From Sphagnum compactum (Eukaryota), in NCBI GenBank assembly GCA_965153455.1, contig OZ234494.1, positions 8,060,001 through 8,124,000 of the forward strand: 64,000 nt of DNA, in the 5' to 3' direction. Made by a program: the position numbers and the translations under genes. Under the pieces are notes generated by a model. The model did no database searches. It worked only from the letters and a program-made list of their open reading frames with translations, and was not told where the DNA came from. Below are positions 1 through 13,684 of this stretch, piece by piece. Each line of letters opens with the position of its first letter. Position 1 is the stretch's first letter.

Positions 1-129
1 CTGAACTCATGTCCAAAGCAGGTCTCAACCCTTGTTTTGACAATTGAGAAAACAAATTATCAACCTGGCAACAATCAAATGCCATGTTGCAGGCTTTGCC
101 TTGGACAGGAGAAAAGCCTCATCCATCAA

Positions 130-3033
130 ACATGTCCTACCTGCTTCATTGGCTACTACACTATGCTCAATTTGCTCTAGGAATCACTGGTGAAGCTCTG
201 CATGGAAGGAGACTGCACAAAAGTTCAAAGCAAGGGTACCCATAGCTGAGATTCCCCTGGAAATTGTAAAGGCCATGGAAATATGCAGGGATGAGACTCA
301 CCAGTGTGACCATTCACACCACCTGAAAGGCTGCCAAGGTGGCCTTGTGAATGAATTGATGAAGACCATATGGAGCAACCACAAGCACAGCTGGGAAGAT
401 GGAACATGTGAACGCAACCATGACACCAAAGGCGCAGTACTCCATGATGGTGGTAAATGGCAGCAGCCATGATAGCAAGAAACAGCAACAATAATAGTAA
501 CCCCAACTGAAAGCTCCACAGGAATCTTTAAGCCTTAAAAGCACATTCTGAGGAGAGATTTATTGAATTGGCAGGAGCAGACCAGCTTCCCACAAGGCAG
601 CACCAAGTGTCCATGCAAAATCCCCTGATCCAACAGTAATCTGGTCATCCTGAAGATGCAGACCATGCCGCAGCAATGATACTACATATGGGGCACGAAA
701 ACAATATCGGTCCACACTGGGTTGTCACACAACACTTGCTTGTGCATCCTTCCAATTAAGCCCACAGAATTTATGACCCTTCTCCAGGAGTTTGTCAAGT
801 GTAGAGGATGCTGTAAGTCCAAAAAAATTGTAGAGAACAAAAATTCCAGCTAGCCCATAGAACCTACCATGAGCTGGTGGGTGGTGTTTGCCAAGTGCAC
901 ATGGGGCCATACTGCATGGAGTAGCTTGAGATGTGTTGACAACACTCTCAGCCAGCAATTGACAAGCCTTCCAATTTGGAGCTCCCTTCAACTCCACTTG
1001 TGCACAAGTCCATCCTATGCTTGTAGGGCTTTGACCTCCATTTGAGACAGGTGGCAGCATGCAATGAGTAGAGCACACATATGGCTTCCTATTAGCCTTT
1101 TTACAGACATGGATGGTCCACTTCCACAAGCCCTTTCTTGGACACCACAATTCCATTGGTGGCAGCAACCCTGGGGTGAAGCAGCTGTGCTACAGACTTT
1201 TCAAAAGCATCATTGAGACCAAAGCCAGCATGTGAATGTGCATATAGATGGTGCTTTGTGGACCTAGAACTGACATTCACACCAAAGTGCTTGGGCACTG
1301 CATCCGGTTCAAATGTCACCTGAAAGGATGAGCCTCCTAGATCCAGGGTACCGAAATTTGACAGCTTGGGCACATGTCCTAATTTGCCAAAATTGTAGTT
1401 CAAAGCTATCCAGCCGTAGTACACTTCCTCAACCCCACTGATTACCTTCACCTGTCTGTGATCGCACTTGAAGGAAGACTTCTCCAGTTCAGACCATGCA
1501 TTGTCAAGAATCCACTCACTATGCGCAGGTGGCAACCTCCTAAGTCCTGCAGTGGCCAAAAGGAAGAGTTGTGTGGCGGCATGAGCATATGGAGGAATCT
1601 GTTTCTCTGCACATTTCAGCAGGGGCACCAGGGCATTTGTAAGTGCAGTCCCATTGTGCAGCATTTTGTCAAGGCCAGGCTCTGTTTCCACCTGCTTATA
1701 AACATGCTGTTGTCCCTTGACTATGTACCAGGATGCCCAATTAGTATGACTGTAAGTTGGCCTCACCATGACAGGAAGAGGATCCCTGTGTGAGTGAGCC
1801 CAAGCATATACATCTACACCATCAATTATAACTGCAAATTGCAGTACCTCCTTCTGCCAACACATCCTGCCTAAAAGGAAACCTAAAAACAGCAGCAGTG
1901 CTGCTATTGCAAGGAACCCAAAAGCTCTTCCCCATTTGGACCACCAGTGTTGCCAGGATGAATAGTAGTTTCCAGGCAACAAGCTGCTTCCCCCACTGCC
2001 AGTCCTGGTTATCCTGAGTCCTCTTGGAATAGGAGGATCCTCTCTGATCAGCTGCAAGGGGGTAGATTCAGTGGAATTGCAACTGCTTTCGCTCCAATGA
2101 TAGGTTCTCCAAGAAGGTCAACCTTCCAGTATGAAGCAAACATAGGAACAGAGGCGGACATATGGAGTCGAGTATCCTGTCCATATTGCTCAGGTGTTGC
2201 CAGCTGCAAGGCTGAAGCTAGGGGCAAAATAGAGGATGCCAGTGGAGACTGTGAGGCAGCAGAACCAATGTTGACCCCTCCTGTGCCCATAGTAATTTCA
2301 GCAAACAGAGGTGACTCTTTCACATGGCAGTTGACCCAATAGCAGCTCAAGCCCATCATCTGTTTGAGCCTACCCTATTGAAAACCCTAAACCCTCCTCC
2401 AGCGCCTGCTGCACTCCTGGCTCACATGATGTTGACATACTTGCTGGCCCTTCAACTAGATCAAGTTTTACTGAATCTAGGGACAGTGCAGCATCTAGAG
2501 ATTGTTCCTCCTGTTCAGTTGCCAATGCAGAAGATTACCTACATGGCCCATCAAAAGACCTTCCTCCTGAGAATGCAGAAGACCTGTAATGATCAAGTAT
2601 GTGGACAAGCACCTTATCTAGTGACTCCAAATACATTTTGGAAAGACTTCTCTGCTTCATTTGACACACAAAGACGTTGTTCCAGGCAGTGGAACACGAC
2701 AAAATATAACTGGTCTTCAAACAATCGATCTCGTCACCCCTCTTTTGCACCATCCTCTGAAAATCCTTTGAGACCATCCTACAAAACACATCTCTGTGTA
2801 TGCATAATGCACTTTTTGCAGATATGCCTGTCGAGAAACGATTCCATTGTGGACATTAGCTAAGGATTTGTGCGGATACTTGGTTCAAGGAATTACTGGG
2901 AATGACTAGATTCCTGTGAAGTGTCATCCATGGGCAAATTCACTGCAGATGCAGTGCTCGGTTTGTCATTAAGAAGAATCGACCTTATGTCTTCCAGCAG
3001 CAAGGCACTGCAGCAACATCCAGTAGTCTTCAT
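130..3033 (-). pseudogene. APY7: Apyrase / nucleoside phosphatase (GDA1/CD39 family, APY7-like) pseudogene, no introns evident in the coding part
   Basis: ORF 1101-2057 has a TM helix, then ACR motifs (LATAGLRRL, EEVYYGWIALNY, TLDLGGSS, FGLNDAFEKS). ACR1 lacks its GSTGTR core (reads FAVIIDGVDVY). There is a stop plus frameshift at about 1095-1103 (HPCL*KG). An in-frame TGA at 725-727 is followed by QPSVDRYCFRAPYVVSLLRHGLH...WTLGAALWEAG (ACR5), and a C-terminal TM remnant lies at about 450-510. A putative ATG at 3033 (MKTTGCCCSALLLEDIRS) begins an N-terminal extension with many stops. The 3' end is approximate. Confidence 0.88.
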
Positions 3034-4267
3034 TAGAATTGGGAACAATCATCATACCCACAGGATCTGCTTGAAATAGGTACTTCACTTGTGCGCAACT
3101 GTCTCTTGTTACTCAAAATTGATGCCACATGGCACCCAATTATCAAATTATTTTCTGTGCAAGAAAAGACGTGAGAAAAAGAACAAAGGAAACTTAAGGG
3201 TTTTGCAAAGCCATTACCACACCTTTGAAATGCACTATCAAGATGAGCATCCAGAGCTACAATCACCGATGGCATTTGCTCCAGAAGCTGAGAATCAACA
3301 TCTCCACATGAGCCCATCATCTTTCAAGGTGTCGCCTTCAAGAATCCAAATCATGAACCAAGAAAAAAGTTGCAAAAATTGCTGCTAGGGTTTTTTTCTT
3401 GTTTCTTTTTTTTTTTTCAAAAGCCAAAAAAGCGCCCTGAACTGAAATTAACTCGCTGCTAGTAGCTGCCAATTGCAGCAGAACCAGTTAGGTAGTTACC
3501 TGTCCTGTGGTCTTGATATTAGGTATCTTGGCAGCCAGATCCTTGGAAAGTTTTGCCACAATCTGCAATCCTCCACAGAATCACACAGTGCTGGTGGACA
3601 TTCCTTAGTCTCTCAAAAACTCAATTCCAACACAATCACCCTCTGAACAACCTAGGTCAAAATGTGCATCATGCATGCATGCATTCCAAAATATGATCAA
3701 TCTTTGCCCATTTTCCAAAAGCCCAGGCATAATACCCATTGTCTATTCCAACACACCCAAAAAGAGGAAAAACGAAGAAGACCAATAAAAGAGAAATCCA
3801 AACCCTAATACAAATTCCTCCAGTTTTTCTTCAGAGATTGATTCAACATTCAACCCCCCCTCCCTCTCCCCCCTTCTTTGAAGAAAAACCTCCAAAGAGA
3901 AACTCAGCTAGCTATTGGCACCCCAAAAAAAATTCTTAAAAAAGAAAGGCCACACTTTTTACCTCCTCAGAGTGCGAGGACTTGCGAAGGTGTTGGAGGA
4001 GATTAGCAGACTGGACGATGCAGTGCGATGATTTGTCTGCGACAAGTGACTTGAGTGCCGTGCTACCTTTAGTCTCTTGCACTCCTCCTCCTCCTCCTTC
4101 TCCTCCTCCCACCATCCCCTCCCACAGCATGGATGGATCGTCACATTTGTGGGAAGAAAGTTATGAAATTGCCAAGATTTCTGGAGGATTTGGACAGATT
4201 TCTAACTCTCTTCTTTTGAAATTGTCATATGAGGCTTCTACTGCTTAGCCAACATGTAATAGGATTT

Positions 4268-5389
4268 CCTCACCCCCTATCTCCTCTGCTTTCGCCCCCT
4301 ATCCCCTCTTTCAGTGGTATCCGCAAAGTAAGGAAATTTTATTGGCCCTGCCTTCCAAGGCAGGGATATTGTGTTGAGAATCATAATAGAGTGTAGTAGC
4401 TTCAAGGGATTTTGCCCCCTATCAACTAGGTGAGATGATTCATCCTAATTTGGTTGTAAAAAGATTCGCATCCATCTTTTGACATTTTATTTTCTCTGCC
4501 ACCTCCTCAAATGTGCACCCAGCCCAACTGACTTTGTCACCAATCCAAAATCACAAAACTAAATATGAAAATACTTTCTTCAAAAATGATTATGGCACCC
4601 ATCATACACAAAAATTCATATAATTCTTTCAAAATGTAACAATGTGATTGAAAACATTCAAATACACATTCAAATACACATGTCACGACAAGTCTTTTTT
4701 TTTTGGTTTGAATTTTGCACAAATGTGAAAAATAAATATGAAAAGAGAATATTTGATCACTTTTTTTGTGAAGAAAAAGTCATTAGATTTGCAAAAAATT
4801 AAAAATCACGTTATGACATTTTTCTATTGGTTTTGATTTGGTAACAAATTTTTGTTTTAATAAGTTCCTAGAACATGTCATCATTTAATATGAAATCTCT
4901 TTTGGGTTCCTCATAATTAATGTGATGTAAAAAAATGAGAAACAAATGATGAATTTTTTTCTTTTACAACAACATGATGTACATTAAAATAGATTTTTTT
5001 TTTAAAATTCCCCTAGCTACGACTAATTTATCATAAATATCAATTGTTGATGAAAAATTAATGGAAGGGACATTGTGTATAACGCACCTTGTTAAATCTG
5101 GATATGAAATGCAGAAACTCAGATTTAATGCACAAGGTTTGAGAGTAATTTTAGTAGTTGCACAGGTAGGAGCAGTGAAAATATATGTAGCAGCAGTGCA
5201 AGCGCTCAGGAAAAAGGAAACATAGGATGAAACTCCGATTACCACCAAAATTGGTGGGAAAACCACCTAATTTGGGTCCCAGTTATTTCCTTCTGTAAAA
5301 TTTTCACTCCTTGTTACGTGTTGGATGCCCTATTAGGCCGAAACTAGCCGTTCTCGCCCCCTAATCGCCTGACTTTACCGGATTACTCT
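4268..5389 (+). mobile_element. Split copy of MITE family A (pieces at 4268-4342 and 5091-5389)
   Basis: Both pieces match the family A copy at 27239-27632 (ccccctatctcctctgct..., aaatctggatatgaaatgc...). It ends in a TIR-like TGACTTTACCGGATTACTCT. Confidence 0.7.
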
Positions 5390-5620
5390 AATAGGTCTAT
5401 TTTTATATGAGAATTTTTGGAACATGATATTTTGGCTTGTGTTGAAACTCAAGATTAATTATAGAGTTATAGTATCCTGAAGGATTTTGGTTTCTTTTAG
5501 AAGATTTTTGGAAGATTATATTTTTGTATGGTGAAATATTTGAGTTTCCGTAATTCTTCTTTTGCCTTTAGATGCTTTTTAATGTAAATGGCAAGGCCAC
5601 AGTGTGACACACCTCTTGTT
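4356..5620 (+). repeat. Split copy of dispersed ~300-bp repeat family B (5' part 4356-4420, 3' part 5390-5620)
   Basis: Matches copies at 25955-26270, 48516-48806, 51695-52000 and 61880-62097 (ggatattgtgtt...gtatagtagctt; ggcaaggccacagtgtgacac). Confidence 0.75.
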
Positions 5621-8600
5621 TTAGAATCCTGTCTAGTTCTGGCGACCTGCAAGAAACTCAGTGTTTAAATATGGCACAACTTCTAACTTTTTGTTTTTCC
5701 TCAAAATATGATGACTTTTGTGTATTTTTTTCCGAAGAAAAACCCTTTGTTCAATTTGAACAGGATCTTTATTTTTCTATTTTATCTTTTTTTTCAAAGA
5801 GTGAAAATTCGCCATTAAAAAATTGCTGCTTGGGTTTATCTTTTTTTAAAATAAAAAATTCGGAATTTGGTGACTTTTTTCGAAAAAGGGGCAAAAATTA
5901 GTCAAATTTGCACTTCATCTCTAAAACCCAAGAAGGGGTGCCTACAACATTTTTGTGTTAAAAAGAGAAGTTGTAAAGGGTCTTGTATGGATAAAAGTCC
6001 AAATGTGGCGAAAAAGTTTTCAAATTTTGACAATCTTTTAAAAGAAACTAAGTGATAATATAATATTGTGACCAAATATTCTCTTTTATTTATATATACA
6101 TTTTACATTTTGGTGAACTTATATTCACAAAAAATGTTGCATCCCACATAGTTGAAAATCAATTTTCAATGGTTAAAAAATGAATTAAAATTGGTTATCT
6201 ATATATAGATATTTTGATGCAAGGTCATGAAATTGATTATACAATTCGTCCAAAATAAAGATAGCATAGAATGATGAAACGATGCAAAAACAACCCATGG
6301 TCGAAATTGGGCAAATCCTCAAAATAATAAGTTTTCTCATCACATTTGGAATCCCCAACACACTTGCCACTTTCTATGAATTTCTCATTTTGCACAAATG
6401 TAATTTATTTCAAATTATTTGCCTAATAAGATTACAAAAAGACTACATGACAAGTCGAGAACAATGAAATGGTTCTAAATTGGACAAATGATATCAAATT
6501 GTTTATAATGTATAGACTAGGCACAAAGCTTTTAGCTATTATAAACTTTTTTTTAAAATGTGTCCTTGGTTCTATAATTACATTATGGGTAGTAGGAGCA
6601 ACAACCATCAACATGATGGGAAAAAAGGGGGCGATGGTGTGCATAGGTAGTACACACAATAATCCCAACAATGACAACCAACCTTAAGAAACATACCCAC
6701 AAATCTAAACAACCCCAAAATTAGGCACTTGCAAATATATATTAAAAATCATGGTGTTTAAACTTGGAACCAAAGACATGAACATGTCAAATGTTGTTGG
6801 GGTGATAGTGAATCTTAATTTCATGTACACAACGTTCTAAAATCTAGAAAACCAAATCCATGCACCTATATTCACCCAAAATCAATAGAATGGAAACAAA
6901 TGTAGATTGATCATAGAAATGAAGACATACACATTTAAAAGTCTCACCATTGGACTTGAATGCAAATACATGTAATCTACCAAGTTTAATCATTGCACAC
7001 ACTTGCAACATTATATTACTACTACAATAACAAACTTGTAACACCTAATTGTTGTTGAGCATTTGATGTGTTTGCTAGATTTTCCATTTGTAAGATTAGA
7101 CCCATTTCATTGATGAAAATTAAAAGACACATTATAGAACCTTAAATTGAAGCCTTTGAGTTGAATATTTTAGCATGTCGAAGAAAACAAGAGGGAAGAA
7201 TAAACTTATCTAGCATATGTAATGCTTTAAAAAATTGTTACAATAGGCATGTCAAGTTTTTAATCGATTACAATTGCATGCAACAACATTGGTGCAAGTG
7301 CAACTTCTTTTTTTAAATGACTTTTGGACAATGAGGTTGGTTTCACAAGCACAACAAGACTTCCTCGCTCCTCAATCCCCTTATACATTCAATTGATGAC
7401 CCTACCAAAATAATGCCACGTTTTACAATATGAAAATTATAGGCAAAACAATGAAAATGTTAACAAAAATTTGTTCATCAAAATCCATTTTGTAAAGCTA
7501 ACCTTTAGTGTTTATAGTTCATAACAAGAAAATTTGAGCAACTAAACAAAACTCAATTGTCACCCAAACTCAAAACTAACAACTATGTAACTTAAACTAT
7601 AAGTTGTGCATCCAAATCATCAAACTTTAGTGTTTTCAATTCTCAATGACGGATGTTTCAATTTTCTAATATTTCCAAACCAACGTTCGAAAACGACAAA
7701 CACATAAAGTGACAATTGATTTCAAATCAAGCACCTAATTGCAAAGAAAGAACAAAATGTAACATTGACTTCTTGATTTTGGACTTTCAAAGATTGGACA
7801 TACAAAAAACTAAAACTTGAAAAAGTTACCAAATGTATGAAATCTCATATTTGTTGCCGCCATGAAATTAATATTCTCACCCCTATTCAATAACACAACA
7901 TGAACACACCAATCTCCAATGCCTTCAATTTCAATGTCCATCATAAATGTTCAATGCCCAAATGAGAAAACAAAAAACCTTACATTACATTCATAATCAT
8001 AAAAACTCAAAAAACTAATTGCAATATGTGAAAACAATTATTGAAGTTCAAAAACAATTTCAAATTTTGATGAGTTGTAGATTTTCAATTTGTGCAAGTT
8101 GTTGAGTTATTCATCTTCAAAGGTTCTTTGTAGGCCCTTTTTTTTAAAAATTCACCCTTGCTAGGTAAATGGGTTTATACCTAAATCAATATTTGGTGGG
8201 TAGATATAATAAATTTTAATAACTATGCAACGCAAATTGAAATCAATGTCAAAATATTTAAATACATTGTAGGGTAAGTATGCCTATCGCCAAACACCTT
8301 TTTATCACTGAACGTGGGAACAATAACCTTGCCACCTTATGGCCAAACAACTAATCATTTGTCATTAATTGTCAATGACTCTATGATTGAACATTCAACG
8401 AGAAAATACTTGTTTGGCTTAATAATGTAGTTATGTTCAACCATAAATGCAATTCATTATGGTTTTAAAATGATGTTTTTAGAAATATAAAAAAAGTGTT
8501 TGGTGATGAGGTGGGAGCTGTCACATCAATATACAAGTGTTTGGGAAAAGGGGATGGTTTGGGGGGGTGTTCCAAATTTATGGGTTCAATATTTGACATA

Positions 8601-10149
8601 AGTGTTTGGTGGGGCTTATAAGTGTTTTGGTAAAAGGGGTGGTTGGGGGGGGAGGGGGGATCCCAGTTTTTTGGGTCCAATATGAGGGAAACTTTGGTGA
8701 TGGGTTACAAGCTATTACAATATCATGCATGCACACCATATGACACAAACCAACATAAACTTGGTTGAATGGGTGTTTTTAAGTGTTTGGTTTAATGTGT
8801 GATCTAGGGCAAATTTACAAAGGTTGACATTCATTATGCTACTTATAACAATTTAGTTACAAAATCAAAATACACATTGTGTGTTCAAGATATTGCAATG
8901 CAACATTGATGAAAACCTTAAGGATGAGCAAGGAGGTACCTACACTTACTTCCTCTAGTTCTCACCAAAACTTCAACATCTTAATTTCAAATTCAAAATG
9001 TATTAACACATTTTTGTAGCAAGTCATTTAGAGCTTTCACTTGAAGGAAGAAACATGTCTAGTTTACAAGCAAACGTAGAAGCTAAGCTCCAAAAGATTA
9101 TAGAGAGATTTTTTTACCAGGTTGGGAAGCGATGCTAAGATCAGAAATCGAAAAACAACTAAAAATAGAACAAGAACAACCAATAATAGAACAATTGAAA
9201 GTGGAGCAAGAACTATTAGAAGTAGAACAAGATCATCAACTAGAAGTAGAACAAGTAGAAATTAAAAAAAAGAAACCAAAAATGGAACAATTACAAGTTC
9301 AACAAGGGTAACCAAAAGTAAAACAATTATAAATAGAACAACAACAACTAAAAATAAAATATCAATCAAAAGTAAAGTAGGATCAGCTAGATGGAAAAAA
9401 AGATGGTGATTCTTTTAAGTGCAAAATCTCACACATAGATAAAATTTATAACGAAAAATTTAGTAAATTCTTATATTGTTGATGGGTAGCTAAATCTATT
9501 GTCCTTAGTGTAGGAAAGATTACGAAACAAATGGGTTATCGAAAGTTTCAACAAGCTCCAATGCATCATACTTTAAGATTCACACCTATAGCCTACATAA
9601 AAACAACTTATGAGAATTTAAATTGGGTAGAGTTTTCAAATTTCTTTGAACTGATTTCTAACAATGGACACATAGAATGGCATGTAATTCAAACATTTCT
9701 AAACCTGTCACCTAACTCATTTTTTCTAAATTTGTGGGTTGAATTCAAAACCATAGAGGCATACCTTCAAGGTGGGACCTAAATACACACCCCCCAGACC
9801 TTGGAGGTTAGGGTCAGGAAGAACAAAACCAACATGATGTTCAACTTGCCTCACAAAGAAACATTAAAGCAAAATTGCATGTTGAGCCCCAACCACAAGG
9901 TTCTTATATTATAGTTGATTGGGGCATATTGTCAACAAGTCAAAAAATGGTTAGACAAATAACAAGAGCAAGAATGGCAATATCAGGGCATGTGCCTACT
10001 AGGCTACATCAGCCAACCTATAATTATTAAATGGCAGGGTAAGGGGGGGAGTCACTAAGTTGCACAATTTTTTTGCAACAAGCTAGGCATGAGGTTCGAC
10101 TTGGAAGACCTCACAAGGAGAAGGACACGTTGAGTGTCAAGTTCAAACT

Positions 10150-10880
10150 AGTTGGAAAATAAAAACATGATGAGCAACATTAAAGGACCATGAAGAGAGA
10201 AGAAGAACAAAAAGATGCGGTGAGCAGAAGAAAGGATTAAGAAGAAAGCGGAAGAGAAGAATGTGATGAGTAACAACTTCAAACCAAGAAATGAAGAACG
10301 CACGGTGAGCAATAGCACTGCAAAACAAGAAGAAAAGAACATGGAGAGTAGCAGAAAAGGACTAGAAAGAGAGAAAAGGAAGAGAAGAATGTGGTGAATA
10401 ATAACAAAGGATGAGGAAAAGAAAAGAGGAAGAGAAAAACTTCAAACTAAGAAGAGAAAAACACAATAAGTAGTAGTTTGGAACTAGAAAAAAAGAACAT
10501 AATGGTTGTAGCAAAAAATTGGGAAGAAAGAAAAACACGGTGAGCATGAAATGGAAACTAGGAAGAGCTGGATAGAAGTTCCAGTTCCAGGAAAAGAAGT
10601 GTATGTGGTGTGCAACAACTTCCAATTAAGAAAAGAAGAATACAATGTGCAACAATTTCCAACTAGGAAGAGAAAAAGAATGTGGTCAAACCAAGAAAAG
10701 GAGAACACAATGTGTAGCAACAATATCCAACCAAGAAAAGAAATACATGGTGTGCAACAACTTCCAACTAGGAAGAGAAGAAGAATATGGTCAAACCAAG
10801 AAGAGGAAAATATGGTGTGCTGTAACTTCCAACCAAGAAAAAAAGTACGTGGTGTACAACAACTTTTGTTAAGGGAATAA
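10150..10880. repeat. Degenerate purine-rich tandem repeat region
   Basis: Motifs such as caacttccaactaggaagagaagaagaat and aaccaagaaaag recur repeatedly with short spacing. Probably part of a decayed retroelement. Confidence 0.6.
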
Positions 10881-13684
10881 TTACTCATGGTAATAGTTAG
10901 TATATTTTTACTTACCTAGTTATTGTTTTAGGAATTATTAACTAGATTACATAATTTTTGTCACCGTTTGAACTTGAATAGATGATAGGACTTTTCTTTT
11001 TTAGATGGTTATATCTTGGAAGAAGGAAGAGAATAAGGAGAGGTATTGATTGTAGAACATTGAGTTTTCTGGGAGTATGAAACAAGAACATTTAGTTTTC
11101 TGGAAAAACTTCAATTCCATAGCCAAATTTGGTATTTTGATTTTTTTTCATACTTTCATGACTGGATTTTAATTTTGACACTAGATATAAGTAGATCTAA
11201 ATGAATAGGTTTTATTAGTATTAGTTTTATGATATGTTTTAATCTAGAATTAGATCAAAATATAGGATTGAGAATTATGTTTACCATTTGGCAACCATCC
11301 CAGGCCTAAATTCATAATGGAATTCAGAGTGTTGTTTATGTTTTGTTGCTGGAATTTTTGTTTTAAAAAATTGATAGTGAAATTCAGTTTTCATTTCTTG
11401 CATTCTTTCCAAATTTTGATCCTAAGTTTTTGTTTAGGAAGCATATATAAGTAGAGTAGCTAACTGTGAAAATTTTATTTTAATGCAAAAGTTTGTTCAG
11501 ATTTGAATTAGAATGTGGAAAGATGGAAAATATAATTGTGACTAGAAGTTTGAGGAGATAATTAAATTAGGTTATAGTACATGAACAAGTGGAAAATGGC
11601 GCTGCCATCAACAACAATTTGAATGTAGATCAGATATATCAATAGTTTGTAACACCTAGAAAATTTTGTAAATTCGAACAAAGACATCCATGGACAAAAG
11701 AAAGACCTGTAGGCCACATAATACCTCAAGTAGCACCGATAATTCTTCATGAAGTGCAAATTAATGAAACATAGATGCGCACTAATAATCTACAACAAAA
11801 TTCCAAGAAAGAAGAACATCAAATTGAAAATGCAAACTCACAGGTTGAGTTTAGATGAAGGAATTGAGAATTTGAACCTTGACAAATAGTTGCACTAGAG
11901 TCAGTAGGTCTAATGCAACAACATGACTTTGATGCTCTTTTTTGAAAAGAAAAATAAAGATTCAACATGTTAAAAAGAGAGGAAGTAATACCAAAGTATA
12001 GATCAACTTCACCTCCTTACTATTGAAAGGAACATGAGGATAAAAAATTTGAACAATAGCTCATAAGTTTGAACATCCAATTCATTATTTGGTTGAATAA
12101 AAAGCTGCAACTCAGGGCATTAGAATGTCCAGAAGAATTGAGTCGTTATTTGTAACTAAACAAGAAACTGTAATCTTACCAAAATCATAACCAATAGTAG
12201 TAGAAGGTGTACTTGTGGTTGTTAGTATAAGGTATAGTTAACCTAGATTTAATCACTAGAGTGGAAGCATTATTAGAGGAGTCCCAAGGGGTTGGAGTAG
12301 AGGAATTCATAGTGTGTATAGATTTCCAAAACCTAACCCTCCATGATGCACATATTGTTATTAGATTGGACATTAAATCAATGAATGACCATTTATTGAA
12401 GAAAATGTGAAGCAAAGATTTATTGAACATTTCCAGAGTCTTAACCCAGAACCTGCAAGAGCAAAAAACCATGGACATGTTGAGTAAGAGGATTTGTACC
12501 AAAAAGAAAACATCCTTGGGTGGACCACTAGGAACCACCAAAAAATGGTTAAGGAACCAAAAACACACAAATCATTTTCTTGGGCATTTTACTTTAAATG
12601 TTTTCACAAGTATAATTTTTTTTTTTCATGTTTATCAATTGCATGCATTAATATATGGCTTGAAGTTTATTTTGGAATCACTATGAGAAAAAGGGTTTTT
12701 TGCAATTAGCCTTGCAATTCACACTTGCAATTCACTATATTTATACGCCATGAGTTTTAACAGACAAATTGCATGGGTTGTAAAGATACAACTAACCGTA
12801 TATACGGTGCAACTCATTGCAACTCAATTGTAACTCAATCAAAACAACTCATTTTCAACTACTATTCAATTACATTATAACTACACCCATGATGTCATGT
12901 TGATGTCATTAATTATCATCCATTTATTAAAATTTGACACGTGGCATTATGAAGATTTTTGGACATAAAAAATCAAAATATTGATTTCCATCATCCATTA
13001 TGATTATAATTTATGGTTTGAAATTACGACATGTGGCACAATAAAAAATACCACATGGCATATTAATTTTATTTTGGATATATATATAGTAATTAAGTAG
13101 GTCATACATAACCATAGGTAGGAAGGTTGGCAGGTCTTAAAACCTACATACTTACGTATGTACCTAGGACCTACCTAACTACTTAGGTAGGTAGAAAAGT
13201 AGGACCTATTTACTTATTTAGGTAGGCAAGTAGTAGAAAAGCACAAGACTAAATGCTAAAGAGTAGCCATGAAACCTTATTTTTTATTTTATGTTTTGCC
13301 TTTAGGTTAAGTTTTTTTCAATTCATCCCAAAATGACAAATGTGTTTTAATGTGAGAACATAAGAAAACAAACATTTTTTTATATAGTTTATAACATGGG
13401 ATTTGAAAACAAAATATATTGGTTAAATCTTTTAGTTGTTCATTAGTTGTAATTGAGTTGCAATTATAACTTTTAAGCGTTCAAAATAAACCAAATCCAA
13501 GGGGAGGGCTCCATTATTTTTAGCATCTAAACAAGACTTGAACCCTTTTTCTTGGCGCGTCTAGTGCACTAAAAATTGTCAAAAATGGAATAAAATTGAA
13601 AAAATTATTGCCCCTCAAAATAAAGGTGTTAATAACTCAAAAAAGAACCACCAAATGTTATAAAACCCGATTCCCAAACATCTA

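Noticed and set aside
725..727. Selenocysteine or readthrough TGA in apyrase
   Set aside because: The gene has other stops, a frameshift and an ACR1 deletion, so simple pseudogenisation explains it.
2324..2863. 179-aa ORF on + strand
   Set aside because: It is antisense to the decayed apyrase N-terminal region and has no recognisable motif.
6200..8900. Possible decayed Mutator-like transposase
   Set aside because: Only a weak Cys/His pattern in broken frames; no TIRs or DDE motifs could be supported.
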